DNA from: Takakia lepidozioides
Taxonomy: Eukaryota; Plantae; Bryophyta
Length of the DNA stretch: 64,000 nt
Reading direction: 5' to 3'
NCBI GenBank assembly: GCA_030704615.1
Contig: CM060732.1
Span: 30,256,001-30,320,000, forward strand
The notes below the pieces were generated by a model. That model saw only the letters and a list, made by a program, of their open reading frames with translations. It ran no database searches and was not told where the DNA came from. The position numbers and the translations under genes were made by a program. Position 1 is the first letter of the stretch; each line of letters opens with the position of its first letter. Shown here piece after piece: positions 44,216-56,438 of this stretch.

Positions 44216-47113
44216 ATGATTCATCCAAGTGGGCCGGATTTCAAGCACAATATTATCTGTGATTCTCTGTGGATCGATAGCTACAAGCTTCCTACATGGG
44301 TAGAAGGTAAATTGGAAGCACCAGCGGCGATGTCTCAGTTGATAAAATCAGGCATGCTAACCATGACCCGAGCTTCCGAAAGAGGACCAAGGGAGGAAGT
44401 CTACAATGCCTCTTCTGGGCATGTGAGGATGCTATGTGAGGCAGGGCGACTGATAGAGGCTCTACAGACTTTAAACCAAGGAAGCATCTCAGTAGATTCA
44501 GATACGTATGTCTGTCTCTTGCATAAGTGCATCAAGATGAAAGGCCTGGAAGCTGGAAAGCAGGTGCACGCTCACATCATCCAAAGTGGGTTTAAGCCAA
44601 ATGTTTTTCTACACAACACCCTGGTCAACATGTATGTTAAGTGCGGGAGCATAATGAATGCTCGCCAAGTGTTCAACAGCATGCCTCAACGATGTTTGAT
44701 CACGTGGAATATAATGATGGCAGGATTTACCAAGCATGGGTGCAGTAGGAATGCTTTGGATACATACGAGGAAATGATGCGGGAAGGGGTGAAGCCCAAC
44801 CACATTACATTTGTTTGTGTTTGCAATGCGTGTGCGAGCCTGGCAGCCCTGGGAAAGGGCAGAGAGGTCCATGGCGACATTGTCAAAGCTGGAATTGTAC
44901 CAGATGTCATTCTGAACAATACCCTGGTGGACATGTATGCCAAATGTGGGAGCATCGAGGATGCAAAGGGAGTGTTTGACCATATGGCCGAACGAGATGT
45001 GGTGTCCTGGAGTGCTATGATTGCAGGATATGCGCAGCATGGGTGTGGGAGAGATGCTTTGGAAACCTTTGAGCAAATGATGCAGGAAGGCATGAAGCCC
45101 AACCACATCACGTTTGTTTGCGTCTGCAATGCGTGTGCGAGCCTGGCAGCTCTGGAAAAGGGCCAAGAGGTGCATGGTGACATCGTCAAAGCTGGAATTG
45201 TACCAGATGTCAATCTGAACACTGCCTTGGTGGACATGTATGCCAAATGTGGGAGCATCAAGGATGCAAAGGGAGTGTTTGACCGTATGGCCGAACGAGA
45301 TGTGGTGTCCTGGAGTGCTATGATTGCAGGATATGCTCAGTGTGGTTGTGGGATGGGGGCTTTGGAGACCTATGAGCAAATGATAGAGGAAGGCGTGAAG
45401 CCCAACCGCATCACGTTCGTTTGCGTTTGCAATGCATGTGCGAGCCTGGCTGCCCTGGAAAGGGGCAAAGAGGTGCATGGTGACATCGTCAAAGCTGGAA
45501 TTGTACCAGATGTCAATCTGAACACTGCCCTGGTGGACATGTATGCCAAATGTGGGAGCATCAAGGATGGAAAGGGAGTGTTTGACCGTATGGCCAAACA
45601 AGATGTGGTGTCGTGGAATGCGATGATCGCAGGATATGCACAGCATGGGTGTGGGATGGAGGCTTTGGAGACCTATGAGCATGATGCGGGAAGGGGTGAA
45701 GCCAGACCGGGTCACGTTTATTTGCGTATGCAATGCGTGTGCGAGCTTGGCAGCCCGGCAAAGAGGTCCATGCTGACATCGTCAAGGCCGGAACTGTACC
45801 AGATGTCATTTTGAACAATACCCTGGTGGACATGTATGCCAAATGTGGGAGCGTCGAGGATGCAAAGGGAGTGTTTGACCATATGGCCGAACGAGATGTG
45901 GTGTCCTGGAGTACTATGATTGCAGGATATGCGCAGCATGGGTGTGGGATGGAGGCTTTGGAGATCTATGAGCAAATGATACAGGTAGGAGTGAAGCCCA
46001 ACCACATCACATTTGTTTGCGTCTGCAATGCGTGTGCGAGCCTGGCAGCCCTGGAAAAGGGCAAAGAGGTCCATGATGACATCGTCAAAGCTGGAATTGT
46101 ACCAGATGTCATCCTGAACACTGCCCTCGTGGACATGTATGCCAAATGTGGGTGCATCAAGGATGCAAAGGGAGTTTTTGAGAATATGGCTGCTCGAAAT
46201 GTGGTGTCATGGAATGCGATGATCGCAGGATATGCCCAGCATGGTTGTCATAGGGAGGCCCTGCAACTATTTGAAGGAATGCAAAAGGAAGGCTTGAAGG
46301 CGGACAGTATCACATTTTTATGTGTTCTCTCTGCATGCAGCCACGTTGGCCTACTGTACGAAGGAAGACGCTACTTTGATTCCCTACATCAAGATCATGG
46401 TGTCACTCTGACAGTAAAGCACTTTGGCTGCATGGTTGACCTTCTTGGACGTGCGGGGCGATTGGATGAGGCAGAGGACCTCATTAATAAAATGCCAATC
46501 AAACCAGATGCCGTGGTGTGGAAGGCCTTGCTTGGTGCCTGCAGAATTCATGGCAATGTGGAGATGGCTGAACGTGCCGCAACATCTATTCTCGAGTGGG
46601 ATGAACAGGACGCCGCGACTTATGTGTTGCTATCAAACATCTATGCCACAGCTGGCAGGTGGGACGATAGTGCAAAGGTGAGAAAAATGATGAAGATCAG
46701 AGGGGTTAGAAAGGAGCCAGGTTGCTGCTGTATCGAGGTTGGCAACAGGGTGCACACCTTTGTTGTAGATGACAAATTGCATCCCAAAATTAAGGAAATT
46801 CATGCTGAGCTGAGAAGATTGTCTGGGCAGATGAAGGAGGCAGGGTATGTGCCTGACATGCGCTTTGTATTGCATGATGTGGGGGAGGAACAAAAGGAAT
46901 TTTCTCTTTGCCACCACAGTGAGAAGCTGGCTATTGGCTTTGGGCTGATCAGCACGGCCCCTAGGACACCTCTTCGTCTCATCAAGAATTTTCAGATGTG
47001 TGGTGACTGCCACACCTCCACCAAAGATTGTTGGCCGAGCAATTGTTGTACGGGACACTAACCGCTTTCACCACTTTGAAGATGGGGTTTGTTCTTGTGG
47101 GGATTACTGGTGA
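44216..47113 (+). pseudogene. PDF-motif + PLS-E-DYW PPR gene, frameshifted
   Basis: ORF 44216-45814 begins IHPSGPDFKH...LWID...PTWV and continues into PLS repeats. Small deletions at ~45680 and ~45757. E/E+ and HSEKLA..CGDCH follow. An 11-nt deletion at ~47024 shifts the [17 protein letters not shown] terminus (47113) out of frame. Confidence 0.93.
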
Positions 47114-49599
47114 AATCATGTTTTTCTGGAAAGGTGTGAGTATCTTCATTCATTGATCTGCGTAGCTACTCAGTTCATCCCCCGTTTCCTGAGAATATTG
47201 ATCATGATGTACTGTTGAGGGCATTTCCTGTGGCCTATCCACAGCATAGGTGTGAAGTCGGCCCATAATTGCAACGGACTTGAGCAGGTAAAGAGTGAAG
47301 GGGGGATTTTGACTAATCCCATGGTGGTCACTTGAAAGTTCACATAGCGAGTGTTATGGTATTTGCGTATTCTGTCATTGATTGATGCAGTATGAGTTGG
47401 ATCCGGCCTTTCACCCAAACACTATTCCATCCATCTCTCTACATCGCAGAGCTCATACAACTTGCACAGCTACAACTTCAACGCAGTACACATAACACTT
47501 CCGTGTAACTGCAAACCCAGAGAAACAGCAAAGGAATGTGTGGGTCAGAAAGCAGAAACCCTGGTATCTCACCTCAGTCACCCTAACTGTGGCTAGAAAG
47601 CCCAAAGCCTAGCGTCACAAGCCCTTCTTCTCCACTCTGTTAATAGTAAGAAAATTGTCATGCTCATTCCTATTAGTCTCATGGGCACTAACTTTTGGCA
47701 AAACAAAGGGAATACCATCCCTTAACAGAAAGTACACTTTGATGTGTTCCAAAGTTGATATGACTTACATGACAAGCCTCATCTGATGGGAATGTAGAGG
47801 ACTCGCAACATTCATGTTGGAAAGCAAGAAGAACAATGTAGTCATCAGGCTAGAGGCCAATATGACTTTCCACTCTTGGTGAAGGGGCATCAGATGTTTG
47901 AAATGCCACAACTATTGATGTTACTAAATAAATTCTACACTATATGGCTGCAGTTCATGATTCCATGGATTCCAGGATTGATGGTTGTTCTGTGCTTAGC
48001 ACCAAGTTTTTTTCGCTTTGGAGGGAAGTTGTCCTCATCACTTTCACTGTCCAAGCAAATGACTTGATGTGGCACAGCCATGGCTATATGCTCCTTGCAT
48101 TCTGACATTTTGGACGACTTTTTCCCAGATTGATTGAATGCCTCATCTTGACTTAGGGGAATCCAGGTCTAGAAAGCTTAAAGGGTTTTGATCTGTTGAG
48201 GAGAGCCACCTTATGCTGGGCTTCTGTCATACCATGGCATTGGGTCACTATCAGCGATCTTCATACCTTATAATGACATGTGTTATGGAGCTGTAAAAAG
48301 ACTGGACATTCACATCTACCTTTCTGATCAATGAGTCTCCTCAAGTTAGTCTCTCTCCTCTCTTCTTCATACCCAGATAGAAGTCCACATTTACTAACAA
48401 GGCAGATGACAGAATGTAGCATGTACTACTGCAGGCCCTGCAACTAGCTGAACACCAAAGCAACCAGTCAGAGTAGACAGCGCAAAGAAAACAAACTGAT
48501 ATATGTTTCTGAAATGGATAAATAGAAACAGGCAGTGTTACCTGTGCCAAGTTCTTCTGCTGCTGCTGGTACATGAGGACCTTTGGAAATGGTACAAGGA
48601 AGATTCCCTTTGTTGGCATAGATATTTGCTGCACTAGAAATGGCACTGCCTTGTCCCATGCTGCCAACTGGGATATATTCACTTCTGCAAAGAATAAACA
48701 ATAAACCCTTCCTAAGGAGAAAGATGTACATGTCTCGTGTATTCGAGATTTCTCACATGTATGTGATAGATCCCTTACAACATACCATCTGTGTTTTGAA
48801 AACTTTCATAATGATGGTCATATACTCCTCACATGTAGAAGCTGCCAGAGTATAAAAAAAGGTTGATGGGGAAATTTCACAGGAGAATACCTGGAAAGGA
48901 TGCCCTTTTAGTACTTTGACCAGATTTTGCCTCCATCATTGGGAATACTTCGTTCACAACCTTACCAGTCGTTGGATCTCTTCCCTGGTTATCACCATTT
49001 TGGAACTCTCTCTCTCCACGGAAATGGTAAGACCCTTTCCCAAAGATAGCTTTGCATTGAAACTTTGCCATGGTTCTTTATAGATAGAGTTTGGTGGACC
49101 ATCAAACCTCCCACTAGTGCTTGAGCTGTCCACCTCTGCACCCCTTGACATCTCTGAAGTTCCCATCTTGTTGCCTTCCTTGGAAACTGCTCTTTGAACT
49201 CCATTTTCTTAAGAAGCAGATCGTGCTAAATCTTGTCTAAATATTTTTCAATTTGTACAAGCCGAGTCATGGCCGTCCACGAGTACCGCAGGTCTCGGAA
49301 GGCTGTATGACAGCTTCCCTCAGGGCGAAAACTGTGGCTTGATTCTCTGGGAAGAGGCTCAACGGTAATTCTTGATGTCATTTCTGCTATCGGGGATCTG
49401 TGAATACGAGGACAAACACACTTCATTTAGTCTATGTTCAAGAAGTCCAATTGCAGTTTTATACTAATTAAGTACTTGGCCCTGTTCAGAGAGTTGCACT
49501 TGAAGTTATAAAATATAGAAGCTGCACCTAGTTTACTCCCGGAATGATTTCAACTAAGGCTTGTGTTGATGGATCAATGATTGGCACCTATTGTAGGCA

Positions 49600-52500
49600 A
49601 AATCTCAAGCAATGATGCCTGTTCTTTTGTGAACATTCGGTGTCCTCGTAGTAGAGGCGTCAGTGACCAGGGTCCGCGGTGGGCCCCACCCTGCGCAAAG
49701 GCCCCCTACTGCTGCAACACCATCCCCATCGTCCACAACATCCCCACCACGGCAATTGTCAGGATCCCATCTCCCAACACCAGCGTTCACCTCGACACCG
49801 CCATCACCCGCACCAACACCACTTCCACATGCCCCCAGTTCTGATATCCCCAAACAACCTGAGGAGCAGCCAGTCCTCCCCCTCCCTCAGGCCTCCTGCA
49901 ATGATCAGCACATGTGCGACCGGGCAACAACAACGCAACTCCAGTCAGCACCAGTGGTACACTCGAACTCAAACCAATCAAGAGTCGTTGTGCTCCAAAG
50001 ACCTTCCACCGAAGTGCATGGACGCCCAATGTTATTCACCTCCCCGCCTGGCTCTCCACCCCGCGTTCAACAGAGAGTTCAAGATCTTCCCCCTTCTTCT
50101 TCTGGGAGATCCAATTTTCTAGCTCCCCCAGTTATTCCACATGCTCCATCAGTGCCGCCATCGACATCCAATCAAGCTTCTCCAGGTGATGACCGCATTC
50201 CTTGTCCTGCTTGTGGACGACCATTTGCTCGGATCAGAGGCTTTGCCCGCCATCAGCGCACCTGTTCAGCTTTTCGACAGTCCCACCCTGACGGTTCTTC
50301 TCTATCCATCCCTGTACATGCGTCACCCACTCCTCCTCCTGCCTCTGCATGGGTTTGGCTCTCCACTCTAGATGTCCTCGGCGCTTTTCATCTGGGACTG
50401 CCTTGGCCTCGCCTCTATATACGGATCCCGTTGGCGCTAAGACAAGAGGTTCAACATGCTCTTCACATGCCTCTGGACCGTCTGGCCCGCGATCCTGCTG
50501 ATATCCCGGCTTGGCATCTTCTCTTGCTCTTTGCCCAGTGGTGTTTGGTCTTGCCCCCACGCGGTGGTGATGCTGGTCATAGAGAAACACGCATTCGTCT
50601 CCGCCGTTTTCTATCTGGGAATTGGGAGTGTCTGCAAGACGTGCACTATCTCCGTACACACGCTCTTGCTGCAGAAACCCCTCCGGATATCTTGCCACAA
50701 CCGACCCTCTCTACCCACAAACGGCTTCGACACAGTCTATTGTTGGGTCGTGTCGGTGAGTACTCACGTGCAACGTGTGCCCTGGCACCTTTCACTCCTG
50801 CACCACCTTCTTCAGACATAGTCGCTGCTTTGGAGGCACTTCATCCCCCATCTGAGCACATTCTTCCAGTTTTTGTCGATGATTTTGAGCCGGACCAAGA
50901 TCTCCAGCTCATGACATCTTCACCAAGGCTTTTACACGCAGTCCGCATCTCTCTGCAGCTGGCCCGTCTGGTTTGTTGTATGAACATCTGCGCGACTGCT
51001 TCAATCCCCAGGATTCTGCTAGTGGCTTCGCCCAACTCTTTCAGGTTTGCTCTCATATTGCCAGTGGTCGCATATCTGCTTCAATGGCACGCCTCCTTGG
51101 GGCTTCACGACTCTTGGCTATGTCCAAACACACCGGTCCTGGCATACGTTCTATTGCCGTGGGGGAGGTCATCTACCGTCTGGTTAGCCGTTCTATCTGC
51201 CTTCAGTATCGAGATGCATTCTCCGCCCACCTCTTTCCACATCAGTTCGGCGTTGCCACTCCAGCAGGTTGTGAAGCTGTTGTACACGGATTCGCGCCAC
51301 ACTTGACCTTCATCCTGACTGTCAAGTCGATGTCAGCAATGCCTTCAACACTGTTTCACGCGCTGCCATCTTTCAAGAGCTCCGTTCTACTGGAAGTGAT
51401 TTTCATCAGCTTATCCCTTTTGTAAGATTGTTTTATGCGTTTGGTGCTCCCCTCTTTTACAGTCACCATTCTCGCACAGGCGACTACAGTATCATACAGT
51501 CGGAGGTGGCACACGTCAAGGCGATCCATTAGGGGGTCCTCTTTTTGCCATGGCACATGTGCGCGCTCTTACGTAGTCTGCACAAGCATGTCCTTCTTGT
51601 CTATTCCTTTCTGCTGCAGATGACACCCACATCGTTGGTCCGGCATCCGAGGTCCTCCCGGCTTACAGTAATTTCATCACCCAGTTGCACTCTGTGGGGC
51701 TCTCCGTTCAACCTCGCAAGTGTGTTGTGTGGTCTCCATCCGGTTTACCATCTGGCTTTTTGCCACCTGCCCATTTTCTCACACCATCTGACGGCATCCG
51801 GATCTTGGGCGTTCCTTTTGGCACCACCTCATTTACTTCAACTTTCCTGGAAGACGCACTTCAAGAGGACATCTCCCATTCTGAGCTCCTTCCTAGGATT
51901 GGGGATCTACAGGTCGCCTATGGTATTCTCACAAGGTGTTTCATTCAACGACCATCGTACATTTTACGGTCTTTTCCACCTACCGCTGAATTCTTGCTAT
52001 CCCTATCGCAGTTTGATGCTCACATTGTAGGGGTTTTTGGTCGTTTACTGGGGCCCGGTGCTCTGGATGGTTCCCAAGGGGATTTACCTCGGCAACAAGC
52101 CACCCTACCTTTGTTTGCTGGCGGAGTGGGTCTACCCTCCACTGCCACCACTGCTCTTTGTGTTTTCCTCGGCAGCTGGGCTCTGGTTGCTCCAGCCCTT
52201 GCGTCTCGATTTCTATGTGACTAGCGACCCCTACTCATGGATAGCATTGCTCACGTGGATAACGGTTCACTCTCATTCCAACAACATCTCCGATCTGCAC
52301 GGGATCTTCTTCATCCATCAGTGCGGGCTTGCCTTCCGCCATTTGAGCAGCTGGTTACTCAGGGCTTGGACCATCTCCAGGATACCATCGTGGATCGCGC
52401 GCACCAACAAACCTTTTCTAGCATGCTTTCAGATGCATCTTCTGATGTGCATCGTGCCAGGCTCTTATCTTGCACGGGACCAGGGGCGGGTGCGTGGCTT

Positions 52501-53370
52501 ATCGCAAGACCCATTATCACACTGTTTCGCTTGTCGTCTCCAATCTTTGCCACGGCTCTCCGCATTCGTCTTGGCTTACCACATCCTTCTGTGCTTGGCT
52601 TACAGCGCTGTGTTTGTCACCAACCCATCGATCCACTTGCTGTTCATCTCCTTCGTTGTCCATGCGAATGAGATCGTACAGCATGATGTTGTGCGGGACG
52701 CCGTCGCCTCTGTTGCTCGAGAGGCTGGATTCCATGTATTGCGGGAGCAAACTCACATGCTTCCCTCTCGTACGCCTCGGTAATGACAACATCTGCAAGG
52801 GTGCGCAAACCATCTCGAGATAGGGCGATGTCGACTCGCCGACGAGTGGACTCGATCCGACTTACTTTCTCGCTCGGCCTCTTCCCAAGGCACTGCCGCT
52901 TTGATTGCTGTACAGACCAAGCAACGAGACTATCAAGACCGTCATCCCACAGATGCGTTCCTTCCACTGGCTGTGGAGATCTTTGGATGTCTTCATCGTC
53001 AGTTCGACGAATTTCTTCGTATTTGTGCTCATCATGCTGCTAAGAACAAGATCAATGGCATTCCCCATGCTTCTGTCTTCGTAGCTTTCTATAGACAACG
53101 GGTTTCCGTAGCACTACAGAGGGCACAGGCTATGTCCATCTTGCATCGGGCTGCTGTAGCTGGCATGGCTTTGTCTCATCTTCCTGCTCTTCCCGATGTC
53201 ACACCCATTTCTTTGTCTGATGTCATTTAGGCAGTTGAATGGGATGATCATTTGGTTTGATTAGCTTGATATGCTTTCTTTTTCATTTCTTTATGTTAAC
53301 TCTTCCCTTGCTATGGGAACTTTCCATACTTTGTACAGTTACCTCATGTCAATTTGTAAATAAAAGCTTT
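49600..53370 (+). mobile_element. Non-LTR retrotransposon with C-terminal restriction-like endonuclease (CRE-like), degenerate
   Basis: N-terminal C2H2 finger CPACGRPF..RGFARHQRTC. RT motifs GIRSIAVGEV.YRL, HQFGV..PAGCE, VDVSNAFN, RQGDPLG, ADD, GIRILGVPFG. CxC..H...C knuckle, HD.VRD, RVD..L.DVVI(TDP), K.RDY, FLPLAVE.FG, QRVSVALQRAQA. AATAAAAG at the 3' end. Confidence 0.85.
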
Positions 53371-54098
53371 ACAAGGTTACAACAAATTATGATGTTCTTG
53401 TTTCAGGGATTATCAAAGGCCGAGGCATTGTAAATTGACATGGACAGTGGGATCTTTCAGAGAAATACAAGCCATTAAGAGCTCCGCCCATCCATTCTTT
53501 GCAGATTTGGAGTCGAGTGAACTATCTGCAAATGTCAAGGCAACACATGAATTAATGGTCAGCCCTAGATCTATGCTGAAGAAGAAAATAAACAGTTCAC
53601 GAACACACACCATGTTCAAAACGTTGTCTAGACCGGAAGCTAGAACATATACATCTCCACCATGGAAGCCATGAATTACAAAATGCACAATGATTGAATG
53701 AAACTGATGAATCGAGATTGCGAGAGCCCACCAGATGGCTATATTCATGCATGTTGCATATCGTTGGTCTACCGAACATTGCATCAGGTGAACTTTGCAG
53801 ATGGGGAGCTGATAAATGGGATGGCAAGCATGCTAGAAAATGTCTCTTAGTGCACGCGTTCGAGAACGATCACTTGGAGATGGTCCAAGCCTTGAATAAT
53901 CAACGTTTCAAATCTTGGGAGACAAACCCGTGCCCATCGAGGGAGAAGTCCTGGGAGGTGTGGTCATTTCCGATTCATAGGAGTGTTGTGATGAGTTGGA
54001 GGGAAAGTCCACTTCTCATGTGCCCAATTGGAACCAGGACATCTCTACTTCACTTTCTCTACAAAATTCTTCCTGTTCTTTCCCCTCTTTTCCGTTAG

Positions 54099-54387
54099 CT
54101 CCAAAAGAAAGGGGCAAGGAGAATCCTTCTGCCTGACCTAATCGAGACTTTGCAGATGCTGCTACAGCTGCTGGGAAACGTTGCAGGCCGTGGGGAACCT
54201 AGTCAAGCAGCGATCTGGGAGAAGTTTTTCCCGACCCTTTATGGTGCGTTGGCAGCTGTCCCGAGTGAAAAAATACAGGGACCCGTTTGCATGGTGATCC
54301 ATACGTGGTCTAAAGGCAGCAAGGCACGGTGCGCACAGCTCTCGCAGACTGACGGCTCTTCTCTTATTGCATCTCTGTTGAATTCAG
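54099..54387 (+). pseudogene. Ataxin-10-like exon/fragment
   Basis: AG..GT-bounded exon LQMLLQLLGNVAGRGEPSQAAIWEKFFP..LA......QGPVCMVI resembles the plant ATXN10 N-terminal region from memory. Other exons were not recognised. Confidence 0.45.
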
Positions 54388-54800
54388 GTGAGCTTCTCTC
54401 TCTCTCGTGGGTGAGAACCCCACAAAACAGTGATTTTCCCGGAAGGTCAATGGCCGTTAGGCTATGACAAGCCGACGTTCGCAGGGAACGGCATGAGGAC
54501 ATTCTCTCTCTCTCTCTCTCTCCGTCAAACAAAGTCTTATGAGTACATTCTCTCTCTGACGGCCAGCTTCTCTGAGGGCGTCCAGAGCCAAATCGCCCGG
54601 ACAACGTGAAAAAATCACATATGAGCAAATAATAGTACCCGAAGAACACATAGAAAGCTGAGCACTAAAGGAGAATTGAACCGTCCAGGCCGGTTGAACG
54701 AAAGTGTTGAACGAGAGCCCCATATGATATCTTCAATCTTCAAGCTTCTACTTGCTGGTTTGAAGAATCGTGTGCCTTTGTGGCTTCTGTTGGCTTTCCT

Positions 54801-54803
<3 letters not shown>

Positions 54804-54852
<49 letters not shown>
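54804..54852. repeat. (GA)24 microsatellite
   Basis: Direct reading. Confidence 0.98.
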
Positions 54853-54854
<2 letters not shown>

Positions 54855-55626
54855 CATGGCCTCTTCCGATACCTTTGGCCTGTCTCTCTCTTTCTCGCAC
54901 ACAGACTAGGTGGCGCTTCTTGGCACTGCCTGGTTTTCTAGTTCTAATTTCTTTGTTTCTTCTTCATTATTGCCCACCAGGTCTCTGGGCTTTTGGTGGA
55001 CTTTGTGAGTTTGTTGCTTTGGCTTATGCTTCATTCTCTTGGACCACAGAGACATTTTGGGGTCCTTAGCACGAAATAAACCCTTCTGCTCCATCAGCCA
55101 AATTTCAGTAGGTGAATCGCACACAGCCAACATTATTTTAGTTCTGGTGAACTGAGTGTTGTTGATGTATGGGCTGGAATTGCTATCATGCAATGCTGAA
55201 TCTACCGCTGCTGCCCTAGCCCCCAATTGACATTGCACTGCCATTCTCACTGAAGTTGAGAAAGGGTATGGGTCTCACTGTAGTTAAGAGAACAGATTGT
55301 ACTCATAAGACGTTGTTTGCCGTAGCCTTGTGGCCATTGACCCTGTGCCCAGTTTGAGCGGGAACAAAAGGGACAGAACCTACCTCTGTCAGGGGCTGAC
55401 GTTGGTAGTAAGACTTACCTCCATATAAAGAATTAATCCGGGTTTTCCAGATATCCTCTAGAAATCCCTTCACACAAGCATCAATCTGCTGTGTGTGATT
55501 TGCCTGTTAAGAGAACAGAGAGAGAGAGAGAGGCTAAACTTTTGCAAAGCCTTTGCCTGCATTTTTTAATAAGACTTGGACAATTAATAGCTGCTAAAGA
55601 TCTATGTTTATGGCATTTGCATGCAG

Positions 55627-56013
55627 GCCAAGGAATGACCAATGAGAATCTCTGGCAGGAGTTTTTCTCAAATCCTTCACAGTGGTGGGACTACAGGTTT
55701 GATAAGGTGCGGCTATCATTATGACACAAAAGAGTTTGACAGTGATTTAAGCTTTCGTGCTTTTGTAGACTGATTTGAATGTACAGTTGCTTAGATGAAT
55801 GACAAATAAAGGCAGCAAAGGTGGTTCTTATTGTAGCCTGGTCAAGTGAGACTGTGGTTGACGCTGTGGCTGCTCAGCTGCCTAGTTGTGGCTTTTCCCA
55901 GAACAGTCCAAGATCACCAGACTTCAGACGTAAGCACACAATGGAGGTCCTTTGGATTGAGGGTTGATCAATCCCTTCTTGGGTGAAACCAGAGCTGTCT
56001 GCCCTGATACCAG
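55627..56013 (+). other. Two exons encoding a split OSB-like PDF motif upstream of the intact PPR-DYW gene
   Basis: Exon 55627-55706 NENLWQEFFSNPSQWWDYRFDK|GT; exon 55902-56013 AG|NSPRSPDFRRKHTMEVLWIEG*SIPSWVKPEL. Phase-0 join; TGA at 55965-55967. Confidence 0.8.
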
Positions 56014-56438
56014 GTCAAGCAGTCTGATGATGTTTCTAATGTTGGTGTACACCATGGAGCTCCAGGTGGAGAAAACAACTGGTATTGCTTTGATGATGAT
56101 GCAGGGTTTCAGGTCAAGCAGGTAGCGGTACAAATTATTCTCAAAGTAGATTATTTCTGTAAGTTTGTTAACCCTGTTCATATGTAGAAACAAGCTTCCT
56201 CTCATGAGAGATCTTTCTTTAGATTGTATAGAGGTTTTCAGATATATTACTTGAATTAGACTTGTAGGTTGGTACTTAAGACTTTTGAGACATGCAGGAT
56301 GGCACAGTTGAAGCAGGCCAAAGGAAGAATATGTTATTTCAGCTGGTGTTCCAGTTGGTGTGTCTGTTGCAAGCATGCACCGTCATCCTGTGATGTGGAA
56401 GGGTAACCAACACAAAATCCCTGTGAATATGGAGTAGC

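Noticed and set aside
44609-45733. Long antisense ORFs over PPR arrays (also at 23-26 kb, 40-42 kb, 57-58 kb, 63 kb)
   Set aside because: They are a by-product of repetitive PPR codon structure.
47700-49430. Minus-strand multi-exon gene remnant
   Set aside because: Some splice-like boundaries, but stops in frame and no recognisable protein family.
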